From: an uncultured delta proteobacterium
Lineage (GTDB): Bacteria; Myxococcota_A; Polyangia; Fen-1088
NCBI GenBank assembly: GCA_963767925.1
Contig: CAVYGB010000010.1
Location: 32,001-96,000 of the forward strand
Reading direction: 5' to 3'
DNA: 64,000 bases
Made by a program: the position numbers and the translations under genes. Within the stretch, counting starts at the first letter, position 1; each line of letters opens with the position of its first letter. Under the pieces are notes generated by a model. It searched no databases, had not been told where the DNA came from, and was given only the letters and a program-made list of their open reading frames with translations. Of this stretch, positions 46,901 to 58,134 are shown piece after piece.

Positions 46901-49486
46901 GCAGCTCCCACCGGACATGAGCTGGGGCGTGACCTCGCAGTCACCGCCCGAGCGGGCGAAGCTGGGGGGCGAGCCGCCGCCGTCGAAGGTGACCGTGTAG
47001 GTGCCCGTGTCGACGAGCGCGGCCAGGGTGAAGGTCTCTTCGGTCCCCACCAGGCCGGAGGTGAGCTCGCCGAAGCTGAAGGCGTTGATGGCCGTCCCGG
47101 GCGGGTTCTGGAGCTGCAGCAGCCCGCGGCCCGCGCCCTGCAGCAGCAGGCTGGCCACGCCGCCGGAGCCCGCCATCACGTTGACCGTCGCGTCCCGGTC
47201 CCCGGCCAGGGTCGGCCGGAAGAACACGGTCATCGAGCACTGCCCGCCGGCCGCCAGGGGCGGGCCGCAGGTGTTGCTGCCGGGGACGATGCCGAAGTCG
47301 CCGGGGTGGTTGCCCTGGATCACCGTCGCCAGCATGCCGGTCGAGGCCTGGCCGGTGTTGCGCAGGAAGACCTGGGTCCCGGGCATCGATTCGGTCCCCA
47401 CCGGCAGCGCGCTGAACCCGAGCAGGGTGAGGTTGGACCCGGTGGCCTGCTGGAAGGCGATCGAGGCGGGCATTGCCCCGGTCGCGCTCAGGGCCGCGGT
47501 GACCGCCCCGCCCGGGTTGGCGCTGACCCGCAGGTCGGTGCTGAAGTCGCCGACGTTGGCGGCCACGAAGCGCACCGCCGCCGAGCAGGACTCCCCCGAG
47601 GTGAGGATCTGGTTCTGGCAGCCGTTCGAGCCGATCACGAACTGGCCCGAGCCGGTGCTGAGCTGGACCAGGCCGGTGTCGGAGTCGCCCCGGTTGATCA
47701 CGGTGAAGATGACCTCGCTCGACATCTGACCGAGCCCCACCGTGCCGAAGCTGGCCGCGGTCTGCAGCAGCGCCAGCCGGGCGCCGGTGACCCCCAGCCC
47801 GCTCAACATGGCGCCGGTGGTGCCGGCCCGCTCGGCAACCGCCGTGAGGGGCGAGCTGCGCTGGCCCGCGCCGCCCGGCGCAAAGGCCACCGACAGCGAG
47901 CAGGTGGCGCCCGGCTCGAGGGAGCGGTCCTGACAGGAGTCGGTCCCCGGCACGATCTTGAAGTCTCCGCTGGTGGTGGTCACCCGGATCGCGCCGGTTG
48001 CCGCCCCGCCCGTGTTGGTGATGGTGAAGCTGCCGCCGGCGCTGCTCTGGCCGACCGTCACGCCGCCGAAGTTGCGCTCGGCCGGCGAGATGCTGATCGA
48101 CGGGCGGCTGACCCCGGTGCCCGCGACGGTGGTCTCGGCGGCGGCGATGTCCATGCCGCGCACCTTGCCCCTGACCCGCACGATGCTGGTGGCGGCCCCC
48201 TCGGCCGCCGGGGTGAACACGACGGTGAGGTCGCAGGAGGCGCCGGCCGCCAGGCGGGTGCCGCAGGTGTGGCGCAGGGCGAACCGGGCGTCGGTGCTCT
48301 CGGGCCGCAGCTCCTCGATCTCCTCCTGCCCCTCGTTGCGCACGGTGAGGACCAGCTCCGGGCTGGCGCTGCCCACCGCCACCGGCACGAAGCTCGGTCG
48401 CTCGGGCCCCAGCACGAGGGCGGCCGGCGGCACCCCGTTGCCGCTGAGGGGCACGCCCACCGCGTCGCCGCCGCTCACCGAGAGGGCCAGCACGCCGCGC
48501 TTGGCGCCCACCGACTTGGGGGTGAAGGCGACCTGCAAGGTACAGGTCCCGCTGGCCGCGATCAGGGCCGGGCAGCCGCTGGTGACGAGGAAGTCCATGC
48601 TGCTGGCGGTGGCCCGGAACTCGGTGACCGGCGCGGTGCCGGGGTTCTTGATGGTCACCATGGTGGGGCGGCCGGTGCGGCCGACGCCCACCGCCTCGAA
48701 GTCGACCGCGCTCGGCAGCGACTCGACCGCCGGGCGGGCGACGCCGTTGCCCGCCAGCTCGACCGTCACGGTCGGAGAGCCGGTCACGGCGGCGATGAGG
48801 GTGCCGGTCTTGGGGCCCACCGAGGTCGGCTTGAACACGACCGGCTGCATGCAGGAGGTGCCCGCCGCCAGGGTGGCGGTACAGGTGCCACCCATCCGCT
48901 CGAAGCCTTCCCCGGTGATCCGCAGGTCGAGGCCCGCCGCCTGCAGCGTGCCCTCGTTCCGGATCATGACCGCCTTGGCCTCGCTGGTGCCGCCCACCGA
49001 GATCGACCCGAAGCTGAGGTCCATCTGGGTGATGGTGAGGACCGCCGGGCGATTGGCCTTGCCGGTGAGGCTGGCCGTCTTGCGCCCGCCGCCCGCGCTG
49101 ATCTCGAGGGTGGCGGCCAGATCCCCGGCCCGCGTGGGTTTGAAGACCACCATGACCACACAGCTCTGGTTGCGGTTGAGGGTGCCGCTGCAGCCGGTGG
49201 CCATGAACTGGTCAGCGGCCGGGCCGGTGGTGATGACCCCGACCGTGTTGAGCGCGCTCGAGTGGACGTTGCGGACGGTGAACATGAGGGCCGCGCTGGT
49301 CTGCCCGACCAGCGTCTCGGGAAAGGCCCGGGTGGCCGGGTCGATCACGACGGGCGCCGGAATTCCGCCGGGTCCGACCGCCGGGCTCTCGCTCCCTCCA
49401 CAGCCTGCCGCGACACCGACACCCAGCACGGCCAGCAGAATCGGAAACGTGCGCCCACGCGGGCCGAAGCTACCTGCGAAAGTCAT
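43961..49486 (-). CDS. Large surface lipoprotein with about 16 choice-of-anchor-D/ASH-type Ig-like repeats
   Basis: Start ATG 49486 with GGAGG RBS; lipobox AAGC; repeats of P..xFG.V.VG..S...FTxxNxG...C...L..G..C...V.F.P...G. Confidence 0.88.
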   Translation of the reverse strand: MTFAGSFGPRGRTFPILLAVLGVGVAAGCGGSESPAVGPGGIPAPVVIDPATRAFPETLVGQTSAALMFTVRNVHSSALNTVGVITTGPAADQFMATGCSGTLNRNQSCVVMVVFKPTRAGDLAATLEISAGGGRKTASLTGKANRPAVLTITQMDLSFGSISVGGTSEAKAVMIRNEGTLQAAGLDLRITGEGFERMGGTCTATLAAGTSCMQPVVFKPTSVGPKTGTLIAAVTGSPTVTVELAGNGVARPAVESLPSAVDFEAVGVGRTGRPTMVTIKNPGTAPVTEFRATASSMDFLVTSGCPALIAASGTCTLQVAFTPKSVGAKRGVLALSVSGGDAVGVPLSGNGVPPAALVLGPERPSFVPVAVGSASPELVLTVRNEGQEEIEELRPESTDARFALRHTCGTRLAAGASCDLTVVFTPAAEGAATSIVRVRGKVRGMDIAAAETTVAGTGVSRPSISISPAERNFGGVTVGQSSAGGSFTITNTGGAATGAIRVTTTSGDFKIVPGTDSCQDRSLEPGATCSLSVAFAPGGAGQRSSPLTAVAERAGTTGAMLSGLGVTGARLALLQTAASFGTVGLGQMSSEVIFTVINRGDSDTGLVQLSTGSGQFVIGSNGCQNQILTSGESCSAAVRFVAANVGDFSTDLRVSANPGGAVTAALSATGAMPASIAFQQATGSNLTLLGFSALPVGTESMPGTQVFLRNTGQASTGMLATVIQGNHPGDFGIVPGSNTCGPPLAAGGQCSMTVFFRPTLAGDRDATVNVMAGSGGVASLLLQGAGRGLLQLQNPPGTAINAFSFGELTSGLVGTEETFTLAALVDTGTYTVTFDGGGSPPSFARSGGDCEVTPQLMSGGSCTIRVRFQPQSAGPKAGSLVVTTSDGVSTRVALTGTGTGPLQFSPRPHNFGDRPAGSTTDQVFELANRGPLPMTAVAVSLAGSTDYVVASDTCATSPPAAGATCAVTVRFIPTTPGAKATTLTATGTFMVAGANQTETSAVAISGTATPAAQIGVDPATHDFGTVPVGSAGATQMFRVSNAADRPTTGGIQLDTTQAGGDFAVSRNGCLLADNTSPRPLAAGESCTFDVRFSPGATGARAGVIRAFANPGGSLALRLGGTGLSTLVVTPGAFDFDSGGLNVLGQPSASQPTPPRREFIVTNRGTEAVALTTQLQPSSLVGATADGPSYFQLLPSSTAAAVCPPSLAGGASCRVEVAMITPAGATAGKKYARLLASGAAATTAAVAEVSGTLRADAALVYLDGNAPRDFGGVKVNQVSVAHLVQVQNSGGVGAGALQIEIPTNFERVLASGTNPDTGNPVCVAGDPLAASAICDLVLRFRPNTALGNLMGTLRVSATGFGAVSGNQDKLLTGVGLPVGGIYLAPTPSDFGAATPGVAAPIERVLTVTNETGVPVAVAAGAATSTGAGFSVAAQTCAPSIPAGGMCTVTARFQPDMAATAGTVTGSVQLVGTPAGGAAQTASASVQGRVVVPGLRIEAPPEGASWGEALVGIAATARVFTVRNTGGAATAAGPRIALAGPQGAEFAVPAGAENNTCTAALPPNGTCTVTVVLTPMAIAARAATLTATAGAASASVALSANAVLPSVIQVVSIGGAAGAGTTVEFGNKAVGSETAIDVVVRNVDNGQRVPAPTFTLGDSVNFRFDTNPGTASDCFDLTQDGLQGGPPGEACTVRIFFRPQALPAAGAAAPNLASTLIVGGAATGSTLNLRGHAVSALAITPDGRPFGGVALNATSGATTFTVTNSNDAGIPGTGQVAVSLDGADATSFRITRNECAGTTLPAGGSCAIDVVFEPRTAGAKAAALSVTASPTNGVSASLSGSGM

Positions 49487-49791
49487 GAATCTAGCCTCCG
49501 TCTCGGTCGATCGAGCACCGCCGACTCCGCCGGGCGACGACCGTAAAATATCGAGGAAAGGCGCCCAGTTTTGTGGATCAATCGGGAAAAGCGCAAGCAA
49601 AAATCGGCTCGAATTGGCAGGGATTGAGCCTGACGGCGGGGGTGCCCGGCGTGCTCCGATCCACAGGCGATACGTCGATCCGGCAGGTCCGCGCCCAGCT
49701 GGCGGCGGACACGCCCGCCGCCCTCTCCCGGTGTCACCTTCCCGGCGTCTTCCGGGACCGTTCCTTCGAAGGTGGCGACAGCGTCGACGTC

Positions 49792-49821
49792 GAAGAAACC
49801 TGAAGAAACCTGAAGAAACCT
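49792..49821 (+). repeat. Perfect 10-bp tandem repeat (GAAGAAACCT)x3 upstream of gyrA
   Basis: Read directly; followed by degenerate GAAGACA copies. Confidence 0.9.
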
Positions 49822-49910
49822 GGAGAAGACACCCGAAGACATCTTCTGTGATGACGGTCGCAAGCTACTCCGTTCCAGCCGCCCTGCCGTGGTAGGGTGA
49901 ATCGGGACCC

Positions 49911-52565
49911 ATGGACAGCGTCGACGGCAACCCGCCTACTCCCCCGTCTTCTCCCCCGTCTTCCCCATTTGGCCAGCGCATCCCGGTGGCCATCGAGGAG
50001 GAGATGAAGTCCTCCTTCATGGACTACGCGATGAGCGTCATCGTGTCACGCGCCCTGCCGGACGTGCGCGACGGCCTCAAGCCGGTCCATCGGCGGATCC
50101 TCTACACCCAGCATCTGACCAGCAACGTCTGGAACCGCGCTTACGTCAAGTGCGCCCGCGTGGTCGGGGAGGTGCTGGGCCGCTTCCACCCCCACGGCGA
50201 CTCGGCGGCCTACGATGCGCTGGTCCGTCTCGCCCAGGACTTCGCCATGCGCTATCCGCTCATCGACGGGCAGGGCAACTTCGGATCGGTCGACGGCGAC
50301 CCCCCGGCAGCCTACCGCTACACCGAGTGCCGCATGGAGAAGATCGGCGGCGAGCTGCTGGCCGACATCGACAAGGAGACGGTCGAGTTCCAGCCGAACT
50401 ACGACGACAAGGAGATGGAGCCGACGGTCCTGCCGACCAGGCTCCCCAACCTGCTGGTCAACGGGGCTTCGGGCATCGCCGTCGGCATGGCGACCAACAT
50501 CCCGCCCCACAACTTGCGCGAGATCGTCACCGCCACCATCGCCCTCATCAAGAATCCCCAGGTGACGATCGACGAGCTGCTGGAGCTGGTGCCGGGCCCC
50601 GACTTCCCCACTGGCGGCACCATCTGCGGCCGCGAGGGGATCCGGCAGGCCTACCGCACGGGGCGGGGATCCATCCTCGTGCGCGCCCGCACCACCATCG
50701 AGGAGCACCCCAAGTCGGGGCGCAAGTCGATCATCGCCACCGAGATCCCCTACCAGGTCAACAAGTCCAAGCTGATCGAGAAGATCGCCGAGCTGACCCG
50801 GGACAAGAAGATCGACGGCATCTCCGACATCCGGGACGAGTCGGACCGGGACGGCATGCGCATCGTCGTCGACCTGAAGAAGGACGCCGTGCCGGAGGTG
50901 GTGCTCAACAACCTCTGGAAGATGACCCCCCTGCAGGACTCCTTCGGGGTCAACATGCTGGCCATCGTCGACGGCCGCCCGCGGGTGCTCTCCCTCAAGG
51001 AGGCGCTCGTCCACTTCGTGCAACACCGGCGCGAGGTTGTGACCCGCCGCACCCAGTTCGACCTGCGTCAGGCCCAGGAGCGGATGCACATCCTCGAGGG
51101 CCTCAAGATCGCCGTCGACAACATCGACGCGGTCATCGACCTGATCCGCTCGTCGAAGGACACCGACGGCGCCAAGCAGGGGCTGATCGAGACCTTCGAG
51201 CTGTCGGCCCGCCAGGCCCAGGCCATCCTCGACATGCGGCTGGCCAAGCTGACCGGCCTCGAGCGGGAGGCCCTCGTGCAGGAGATCGCCGAGGTGAGCG
51301 CCCTCATCGCCCGCCTGGAGGGGATCCTCGCCGACGAGGGCGTCATGACCGGGGTCATCGTGTCGGAGCTCGAGGAGATCCGCACCCTGTACGGGGATGA
51401 CCGGCGCACCGTCATCTCGGAGATCGACGTCGACATCGACCTCGAGGACATGATCGCGCCCGAGGAGATGGTCGTCACCGTCACCCACGGGGGGTACGTC
51501 AAGCGCAGCGCCAAGAACCTGTACCGGGCCCAGCGCCGGGGCGGACGGGGCATCACCGGGGCGGCCACCCACGAAGAGGACTTCGTGTCGCAGATGTTCG
51601 TGGCCTCCACCCACGACAACCTGCTGATGTTCACCAGCAAGGGGCGGGTCTACGCCCGCAAGGTCTGGGAGGTCCCGGCCGCCGGGCGGGCCGCCCGGGG
51701 CAAGGCCTTCGTCAACCTCCTGCCCCTGCAGGAGGGCGAGCGGGTGATGGCCCTGCTGCCGGTGCGCGAGTTCGCCGAGGGGGCCTTCGTCGTGATGGCC
51801 ACCCAGCGGGGGACCATCAAGAAGACCTCCCTGGGAGCCTTCACCAGCATCCGCCAGAGCGGCATAATCGCCCTGACCATCGAGGACGACGACGCCCTGG
51901 TGGGCGTGCGCATCACCGAGGGGAACGCCGACCTCCTGCTCGGCACCCGCGACGGCTGGGCCATCCGCTTCCGCGAGGAGAACGTGCGCCCCATGGGCCG
52001 CTCGGCGCGGGGGGTGCGGGGGATCAAGCTGCGCGAGGACGACGACCGGGTGGTGGGCATGGCGGTGGTGCCACGCGAGCAGCCGGTCACCCTGCTGACG
52101 GTGTGCGAGCGGGGCTACGGCAAGCGCACCCCCACCTCCGACTACCCGACCAAGAACCGGGGCGGCAAGGGGGTCATCACCATCAAGACCACCGACCGCA
52201 ACGGCAAGGTGGTCGGCCTGCGCATCGTGACCGACGAGGACGACCTGATGTTGATCACCGACGGGGGCAAGCTGATCCGCATGCCGGTCGACGGCATCCC
52301 CACCATCGGACGCAACACCCAGGGGGTCCGCCTCATCCGCCTCGAGGAGGGGGAGCAGGTGGTGGCCATGGAGCGTCTGGCGGAGAAGGAAGAGGGCGAA
52401 GAGGTCCCACCGGAGGTGGCCGCCGCCCGCGCCGAGGCGCTCACCCTGGCCGAGGAGGACCTCGGCGAGGAGGCGGCCGAGGAGGAGGAGAGCGAGGGCG
52501 AGGGCGAGGAGGACGAGGAAGGTGGCGGCGGCGACGACGGCAACGGCACCCCGGGCTCCAACTAG
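49911..52565 (+). CDS. gyrA: DNA gyrase subunit A
   Basis: [29 protein letters not shown], GyrA-box QRRGGRG, CTD pinwheel repeats, acidic tail. Confidence 0.98.
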   Translation: MDSVDGNPPTPPSSPPSSPFGQRIPVAIEEEMKSSFMDYAMSVIVSRALPDVRDGLKPVHRRILYTQHLTSNVWNRAYVKCARVVGEVLGRFHPHGDSAAYDALVRLAQDFAMRYPLIDGQGNFGSVDGDPPAAYRYTECRMEKIGGELLADIDKETVEFQPNYDDKEMEPTVLPTRLPNLLVNGASGIAVGMATNIPPHNLREIVTATIALIKNPQVTIDELLELVPGPDFPTGGTICGREGIRQAYRTGRGSILVRARTTIEEHPKSGRKSIIATEIPYQVNKSKLIEKIAELTRDKKIDGISDIRDESDRDGMRIVVDLKKDAVPEVVLNNLWKMTPLQDSFGVNMLAIVDGRPRVLSLKEALVHFVQHRREVVTRRTQFDLRQAQERMHILEGLKIAVDNIDAVIDLIRSSKDTDGAKQGLIETFELSARQAQAILDMRLAKLTGLEREALVQEIAEVSALIARLEGILADEGVMTGVIVSELEEIRTLYGDDRRTVISEIDVDIDLEDMIAPEEMVVTVTHGGYVKRSAKNLYRAQRRGGRGITGAATHEEDFVSQMFVASTHDNLLMFTSKGRVYARKVWEVPAAGRAARGKAFVNLLPLQEGERVMALLPVREFAEGAFVVMATQRGTIKKTSLGAFTSIRQSGIIALTIEDDDALVGVRITEGNADLLLGTRDGWAIRFREENVRPMGRSARGVRGIKLREDDDRVVGMAVVPREQPVTLLTVCERGYGKRTPTSDYPTKNRGGKGVITIKTTDRNGKVVGLRIVTDEDDLMLITDGGKLIRMPVDGIPTIGRNTQGVRLIRLEEGEQVVAMERLAEKEEGEEVPPEVAAARAEALTLAEEDLGEEAAEEEESEGEGEEDEEGGGGDDGNGTPGSN

Positions 52566-52577
52566 GCCAGGACGACC

Positions 52578-53873
<1,296 letters not shown>

Positions 53874-54036
53874 CCGCTTCCCCACCCCGGGTTCACCTTG
53901 GGAGAGGAAGAGCTTGCCTTCCGCCCAGGGTCTGCCGATGAAAACTTCTAACGGGCTCCGGCAGTAGTCACTGGCGGCCGGCTCGGATTCGGGTTAAATA
54001 GCCCCTCCCCCCGTTCAGGTCGGAGATTCAAAGACC

Positions 54037-54423
54037 ATGCCTAGAAAAAGCCCGCTCGCCCAGGTGAACGAAACCTTTGGCGGTAAAGACAAGCTGGTGG
54101 AGAAGCTGCTCTCTCTGCTCGAGAGCGACGAGCCCAAAGAAGACGTGCGGAAACGCCTGCTGGCGGCGGCGAACAGCAAGCTCCTGCATCTGCACGAGGT
54201 CGCGAGCATGGTGAAGGAAAACTACGGGTCGCGAGACAAGCTCGTGACCGCTGCCGCCGCAGCGCTCGGCCGCAGCAAGGACAAGCACTACCTGGCCAAG
54301 CTGGAGACCTTCTCCACGGCCAAGCTGCTCGACTTCACCATCTCGGCAGAGCGCCGCGCCAAGCGGGCCGCCGAGAAGGGCCGCCGGCCGGGCAAGCCCG
54401 CCGCCGCCCAGGCTACCAAGTAG
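54037..54423 (+). CDS. Small basic hypothetical protein with an internal duplication
   Basis: GGAG RBS; FGGKDKLV...SKLLHL and YGSRDKLV...AKLLDF units; K/R/A-rich tail. Confidence 0.8.
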   Translation: MPRKSPLAQVNETFGGKDKLVEKLLSLLESDEPKEDVRKRLLAAANSKLLHLHEVASMVKENYGSRDKLVTAAAAALGRSKDKHYLAKLETFSTAKLLDFTISAERRAKRAAEKGRRPGKPAAAQATK

Positions 54424-54465
54424 CCAGCCAGCGCCACGACCAGGCGGGCCTCTCGGCGGTTTCGC

Positions 54466-55119
54466 TCAGAGCCAGAAACCCAGATCCATCGTCAGTCCGA
54501 AGGACCGGGTCTTCGTGGGGGGGCCCACCTCCGCCGACGACGTGAAGTCGACGATGATCACGGGCCCGAAGCCCACGAAGACGTGGGGGAACGGGTGGAA
54601 GAGCACCGGCGCCTTGATCAACATGCCGAACTGAGCGCCGGAGTTGGTCATGCGCCCGCCGCCCGAGGCCACGCTGGTCTTCTCCCAGGTGTAGGTCAGA
54701 CCGAAGGTGGGAAAGATCGAGGCCCGGTCGCTGATCGGGAAGTTGTACGAAGCGATCGGCCCGAAGATGAACGAGCTGTACGTGTCGTCTTCTCGCCCCT
54801 CGTGGTGAAAGCCCAGCAGGCCGCCCACCGCGAGCTGGTTCGCGATGAAGAACATGATCGAGGGGGAGATGGTGATGTCCGGCCCCGACTCGCTCAGGCC
54901 GCTCAGGGACTCGCTGACGTAGCGAAGGTCGATGTCGAACTCGCTCGTGATGGCGATCTGACCGGGGCTGCCGAAGACCACCGCCGGGCTGGCCAGGCTC
55001 TCGTCGGTCTTGCTGAAGCTCGGGTCGCTGGTCGGCCACTGCTGCGCCCGCGCCGGCCCGACGAAGACGGGGAGGACCGCGGAAGAGAGGACGAGGGCGA
55101 CGGCGGCAGCGAGCTTCAT
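54466..55119 (-). CDS. Outer-membrane beta-barrel protein
   Basis: Start ATG 55119 with GGAGG RBS; signal peptide; amphipathic strands; aromatic C-terminus DLGFWL. Confidence 0.8.
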   Translation of the reverse strand: MKLAAAVALVLSSAVLPVFVGPARAQQWPTSDPSFSKTDESLASPAVVFGSPGQIAITSEFDIDLRYVSESLSGLSESGPDITISPSIMFFIANQLAVGGLLGFHHEGREDDTYSSFIFGPIASYNFPISDRASIFPTFGLTYTWEKTSVASGGGRMTNSGAQFGMLIKAPVLFHPFPHVFVGFGPVIIVDFTSSAEVGPPTKTRSFGLTMDLGFWL

Positions 55120-55287
55120 GGTGACCTCCGCCTCTACCGTATCCTGCCCGAGCCCGCCCCGGCCAGCTTTCTCGGCGGTGCCGCTGGTCCGGAGCTCTTC
55201 GTTTTGCCAGGGCTTCGCCTGGTGCCACGGCTCCGGCGACAGGCGCACACACGCCGGCCTGGCGCGCGCGACGCCTCCGGCCTGCCG

Positions 55288-55956
55288 TCAGGGCTTGCGG
55301 GTGCGTTCGCGCAGGACGCGGAAGGCTTCGAAGGTCTGGCAGCGCAGGTAGGGGTTCTCGAGGCTCTCGCGGCTGAGGGTGGAGGTGGCGAAGGGGCCAT
55401 AGTCGTGGCCGGGATAGACGCGGGTCTCCTCGGGCAGCGCCAGCAGGCGCTGCAGGCTCTCCCACAGGGCGCGGGTGTCGCCTCCCGGGAAGTCGGTGCG
55501 GCCGCAGCCGCCCACGAACAGGACGTCGCCGGTGATCACGTACCCGTCGGCGAGGAACGAGACGCCGCCCGAGGTGTGGCCGAAGGTCTCGAGGGCCCGC
55601 ACCCCCCGCCCGCCGATGGCGATGTCCTGCCTGTCGCTCAGCAGGGCGAGGGTCTGCGCGAGCGGGCGCAGGCGGTCGGCCTCGTGGGGGTGGACGTAGG
55701 TGACGGCGCCGGTCCGGGCCACCAGCTCGGCCACCCCCTCGATGTGGTCGTTGTGGCTGTGGGTGACGAGGATGGCACCGATCTGCACCCCCAGGCGGTC
55801 GGCCTCGCGGAGCAGGCGGTCGACCTCCCAGGCCGGGTCGACCACCGCCGCCTCACGCGTCTCCGGGCAATAGAGGATCTCGCAGAAGTTCTGGACCAGG
55901 CCGACCTCGATCTGGACGACCTCCGGCGCGGGGGGGAGCCCGGCCGTGTCGGTCAT
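55288..55956 (-). CDS. Metallo-beta-lactamase fold hydrolase (glyoxalase II-like)
   Basis: THSHNDH, GHTSG, TGDVLFVGGCGRTD, VYPGHDY. Confidence 0.93.
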   Translation of the reverse strand: MTDTAGLPPAPEVVQIEVGLVQNFCEILYCPETREAAVVDPAWEVDRLLREADRLGVQIGAILVTHSHNDHIEGVAELVARTGAVTYVHPHEADRLRPLAQTLALLSDRQDIAIGGRGVRALETFGHTSGGVSFLADGYVITGDVLFVGGCGRTDFPGGDTRALWESLQRLLALPEETRVYPGHDYGPFATSTLSRESLENPYLRCQTFEAFRVLRERTRKP

Positions 55957-58094
55957 CGCGTGTCGACCTGGACGCGCGCGGCGCCCAGGTTGTCGGCCCC
56001 GTCCCAGACCCGGACGTTGACCACGTGGGGGCCGCGGGACAGGCCCTCGGGCAGGCGGATGGCGAACCCCTCGCTGCGCTGATCGAAGAGGCCGTCGCTG
56101 GGGCTGGCCGGCCGCCAGTCCTCGCCGTCGACGGAGAACTCGATGTGGCTGACCAGCGAGGCGGCGTCGCGGGCCCGCCCGGTCACGGCGGGCGGCCGGG
56201 CTTGCAGGTTCTGCACCTCGGGGCGGGTGTTGTCGACGAGGAAGGGGGCCGACACGAAGACCGAGTCGAGGGCCCGGTCGCTGGCGTTGGAGCGCTCGTC
56301 GGTCACCCAGACCCGCACCAGGTACTTGCCGTCGGGCACCGAGTCGGTGTTCCAGTCGAGCTCCGCCTTCGTCAGGGGATCTTCGCCGCCCATGGGCCGC
56401 CAGACCGACTCGCGCTCCTGCCGGTAATACACCCGGTAAAGGAGCGCGTCGTTGTCGGCGTTCTCCACCTTCCAGCGCAGCTTGAGGACAGAGGAGTGAA
56501 CCCGGGTTGGGCTGGCGGCGGCGGCCGCGGTGGTGGTGGTGGTGGTCGTAGTGGTGGGCGCGGCGTCGGCCAGGTACACGTCGGTCACCCGCGGGCGCTG
56601 GTTCTGGGGCAGGTAGAAGACCGAGACCTCACCCAGGGCGGTGGCCTTGGCCGGGAAGCCGACCTTGAATTGCAGGTAGCGGCTGGCCGGGCTGGCCACC
56701 TTCCCCTCGCCCTCGCCGCCATCGAACCCCGCGCCTTCGATCTTCTTCCAGCCGGTCCAGCTCTTGTCGGGCTTGGCGGTGTTGCCCGAGCGGGTCTCGA
56801 ACGCGAGGTTGGGCGCCCCGGTCCAGCGCAGCCGCCCCCAGCTCGCGAAGAACTCGCCGTCGAACACCTTCGACAGGTAGGTGGCCTCGCCGGGCCCCGC
56901 CGGCCGCACCTCGTAGACGCCGCCCACGTCGCCGGTGCCGACGAGGAAGCCGTCGCCCGAGCGGACCAGGGTGAGGGCCTGCCGCTCGGAGAGATCGGCG
57001 GCGAGGGCGAAGGTGCGATCGGGCAGCAGCCGGTAGACCTTGCCCTGGGTGCCGGCCGCCGCGTAGATGTCGCCGCTCGGATCAGCCAGCAAGGCGGTGA
57101 GGTAGCCGTCGGACAGGGCGAACACCTGCTCGATGGCGCCGGCGTCGGTGAGGCGGTACACGGCGCCGCGCGCCCGGCTCGAGCTGCCCCCGCCCCCGCC
57201 CCCGCCCCCGACGGCGGCCGGCGCCGCCCCCCCGGTGACCGAGATGCGGGTCCCCTTGGCGGGCGCTGCCGTGCTGCCCCCGGTGCTGGCGGTCGCGCTG
57301 CCGCTGTCGGCCTGGCCGGCGAAGTCGTTCACCGCCACGTAGGTTACGTTGCCCACCCGCAGGATGGCCCGCACCTCCTCGGCCTCGAAGTCGTGCACCG
57401 CTTCGGCCCGGCCGTCGGGGAACACGCGGTACAGGATCCCGCTGTCGGAGGTGCCGGCCAGCAAGGCGCCCCCGCCCACCGGCAGCAGCGACACGACCTG
57501 CTTGTCCCCCGAGTCCCAGATCTGCCGCACGCTCCCCTTGGCGTCGATCGCGAACACCTTGCCCACCCCGCCCGTGCCGGCGTAGGTGGTGCCGGAGGCG
57601 GCGTCGTGGACCATGGTCCAGATGTGCTCGGCCCCCAGCTTGGCGAAGGTGCGCACCTCGCCCTTTCCGGGGTCGACGGCGAACACCCGCCCGCCGGGGG
57701 TCGATCCGGCCAGCAGGGAGCCGTCCGGCCGCACCACGAGGGCGGTCACCCAGGGGACGTCGAGGTCGGCCAGCTTGCGCGGGGCGGGCCCGGTGTTGCC
57801 CTGGCGGAGGGTGACGGCGAAGATCCGCCCCTGGTCGCCGGTGCCGAAATAGGCGGTCTTGCCGTCGGCGCTCAGCGCGGAGGACCAGACGAAGGCGGCC
57901 TCGAGGCCGACCCGGCTGGCCTTGAGGCCGGGGCCCACCTCGCCGCTGGGGAGGATCACGCTGGTGGTGGCCTCCCCTTCCTCGAAGTCCTTGGCGGTTG
58001 TCTGACGAAAGGACTCGGTGCCTCCGGCCTGCGCGGCGGCGGACAGCACCAATGACGACACGACCGCCAGGGCGGCAAGAACAGGCGACCTCAT
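55953..58094 (-). CDS. Secreted beta-propeller protein with C-terminal beta-sandwich domains
   Basis: Signal peptide; repeated (Y/L)xGT.xxGxVxxV blades; poly-Gly and poly-Thr linkers; VPDGKYLVRV, VDNTRP. Confidence 0.82.
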   Translation of the reverse strand: MRSPVLAALAVVSSLVLSAAAQAGGTESFRQTTAKDFEEGEATTSVILPSGEVGPGLKASRVGLEAAFVWSSALSADGKTAYFGTGDQGRIFAVTLRQGNTGPAPRKLADLDVPWVTALVVRPDGSLLAGSTPGGRVFAVDPGKGEVRTFAKLGAEHIWTMVHDAASGTTYAGTGGVGKVFAIDAKGSVRQIWDSGDKQVVSLLPVGGGALLAGTSDSGILYRVFPDGRAEAVHDFEAEEVRAILRVGNVTYVAVNDFAGQADSGSATASTGGSTAAPAKGTRISVTGGAAPAAVGGGGGGGGSSSRARGAVYRLTDAGAIEQVFALSDGYLTALLADPSGDIYAAAGTQGKVYRLLPDRTFALAADLSERQALTLVRSGDGFLVGTGDVGGVYEVRPAGPGEATYLSKVFDGEFFASWGRLRWTGAPNLAFETRSGNTAKPDKSWTGWKKIEGAGFDGGEGEGKVASPASRYLQFKVGFPAKATALGEVSVFYLPQNQRPRVTDVYLADAAPTTTTTTTTTAAAAASPTRVHSSVLKLRWKVENADNDALLYRVYYRQERESVWRPMGGEDPLTKAELDWNTDSVPDGKYLVRVWVTDERSNASDRALDSVFVSAPFLVDNTRPEVQNLQARPPAVTGRARDAASLVSHIEFSVDGEDWRPASPSDGLFDQRSEGFAIRLPEGLSRGPHVVNVRVWDGADNLGAARVQVDTR

Positions 58095-58134
58095 GGGCCG
58101 CAGATCTTAGCGCACACCACCGCGGTGGTGCACG

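Noticed and set aside
44297..49546. 1749-aa plus-strand ORF
   Set aside because: Antisense shadow of the Ig-repeat lipoprotein
49792..49845. Repeat as a CRISPR array
   Set aside because: 10-bp units without spacers and no cas genes
53874..54036. Possible riboswitch between hemL and the small basic protein
   Set aside because: Only short GC stems (CTGCCG/CGGCAG); no aptamer consensus I recognise
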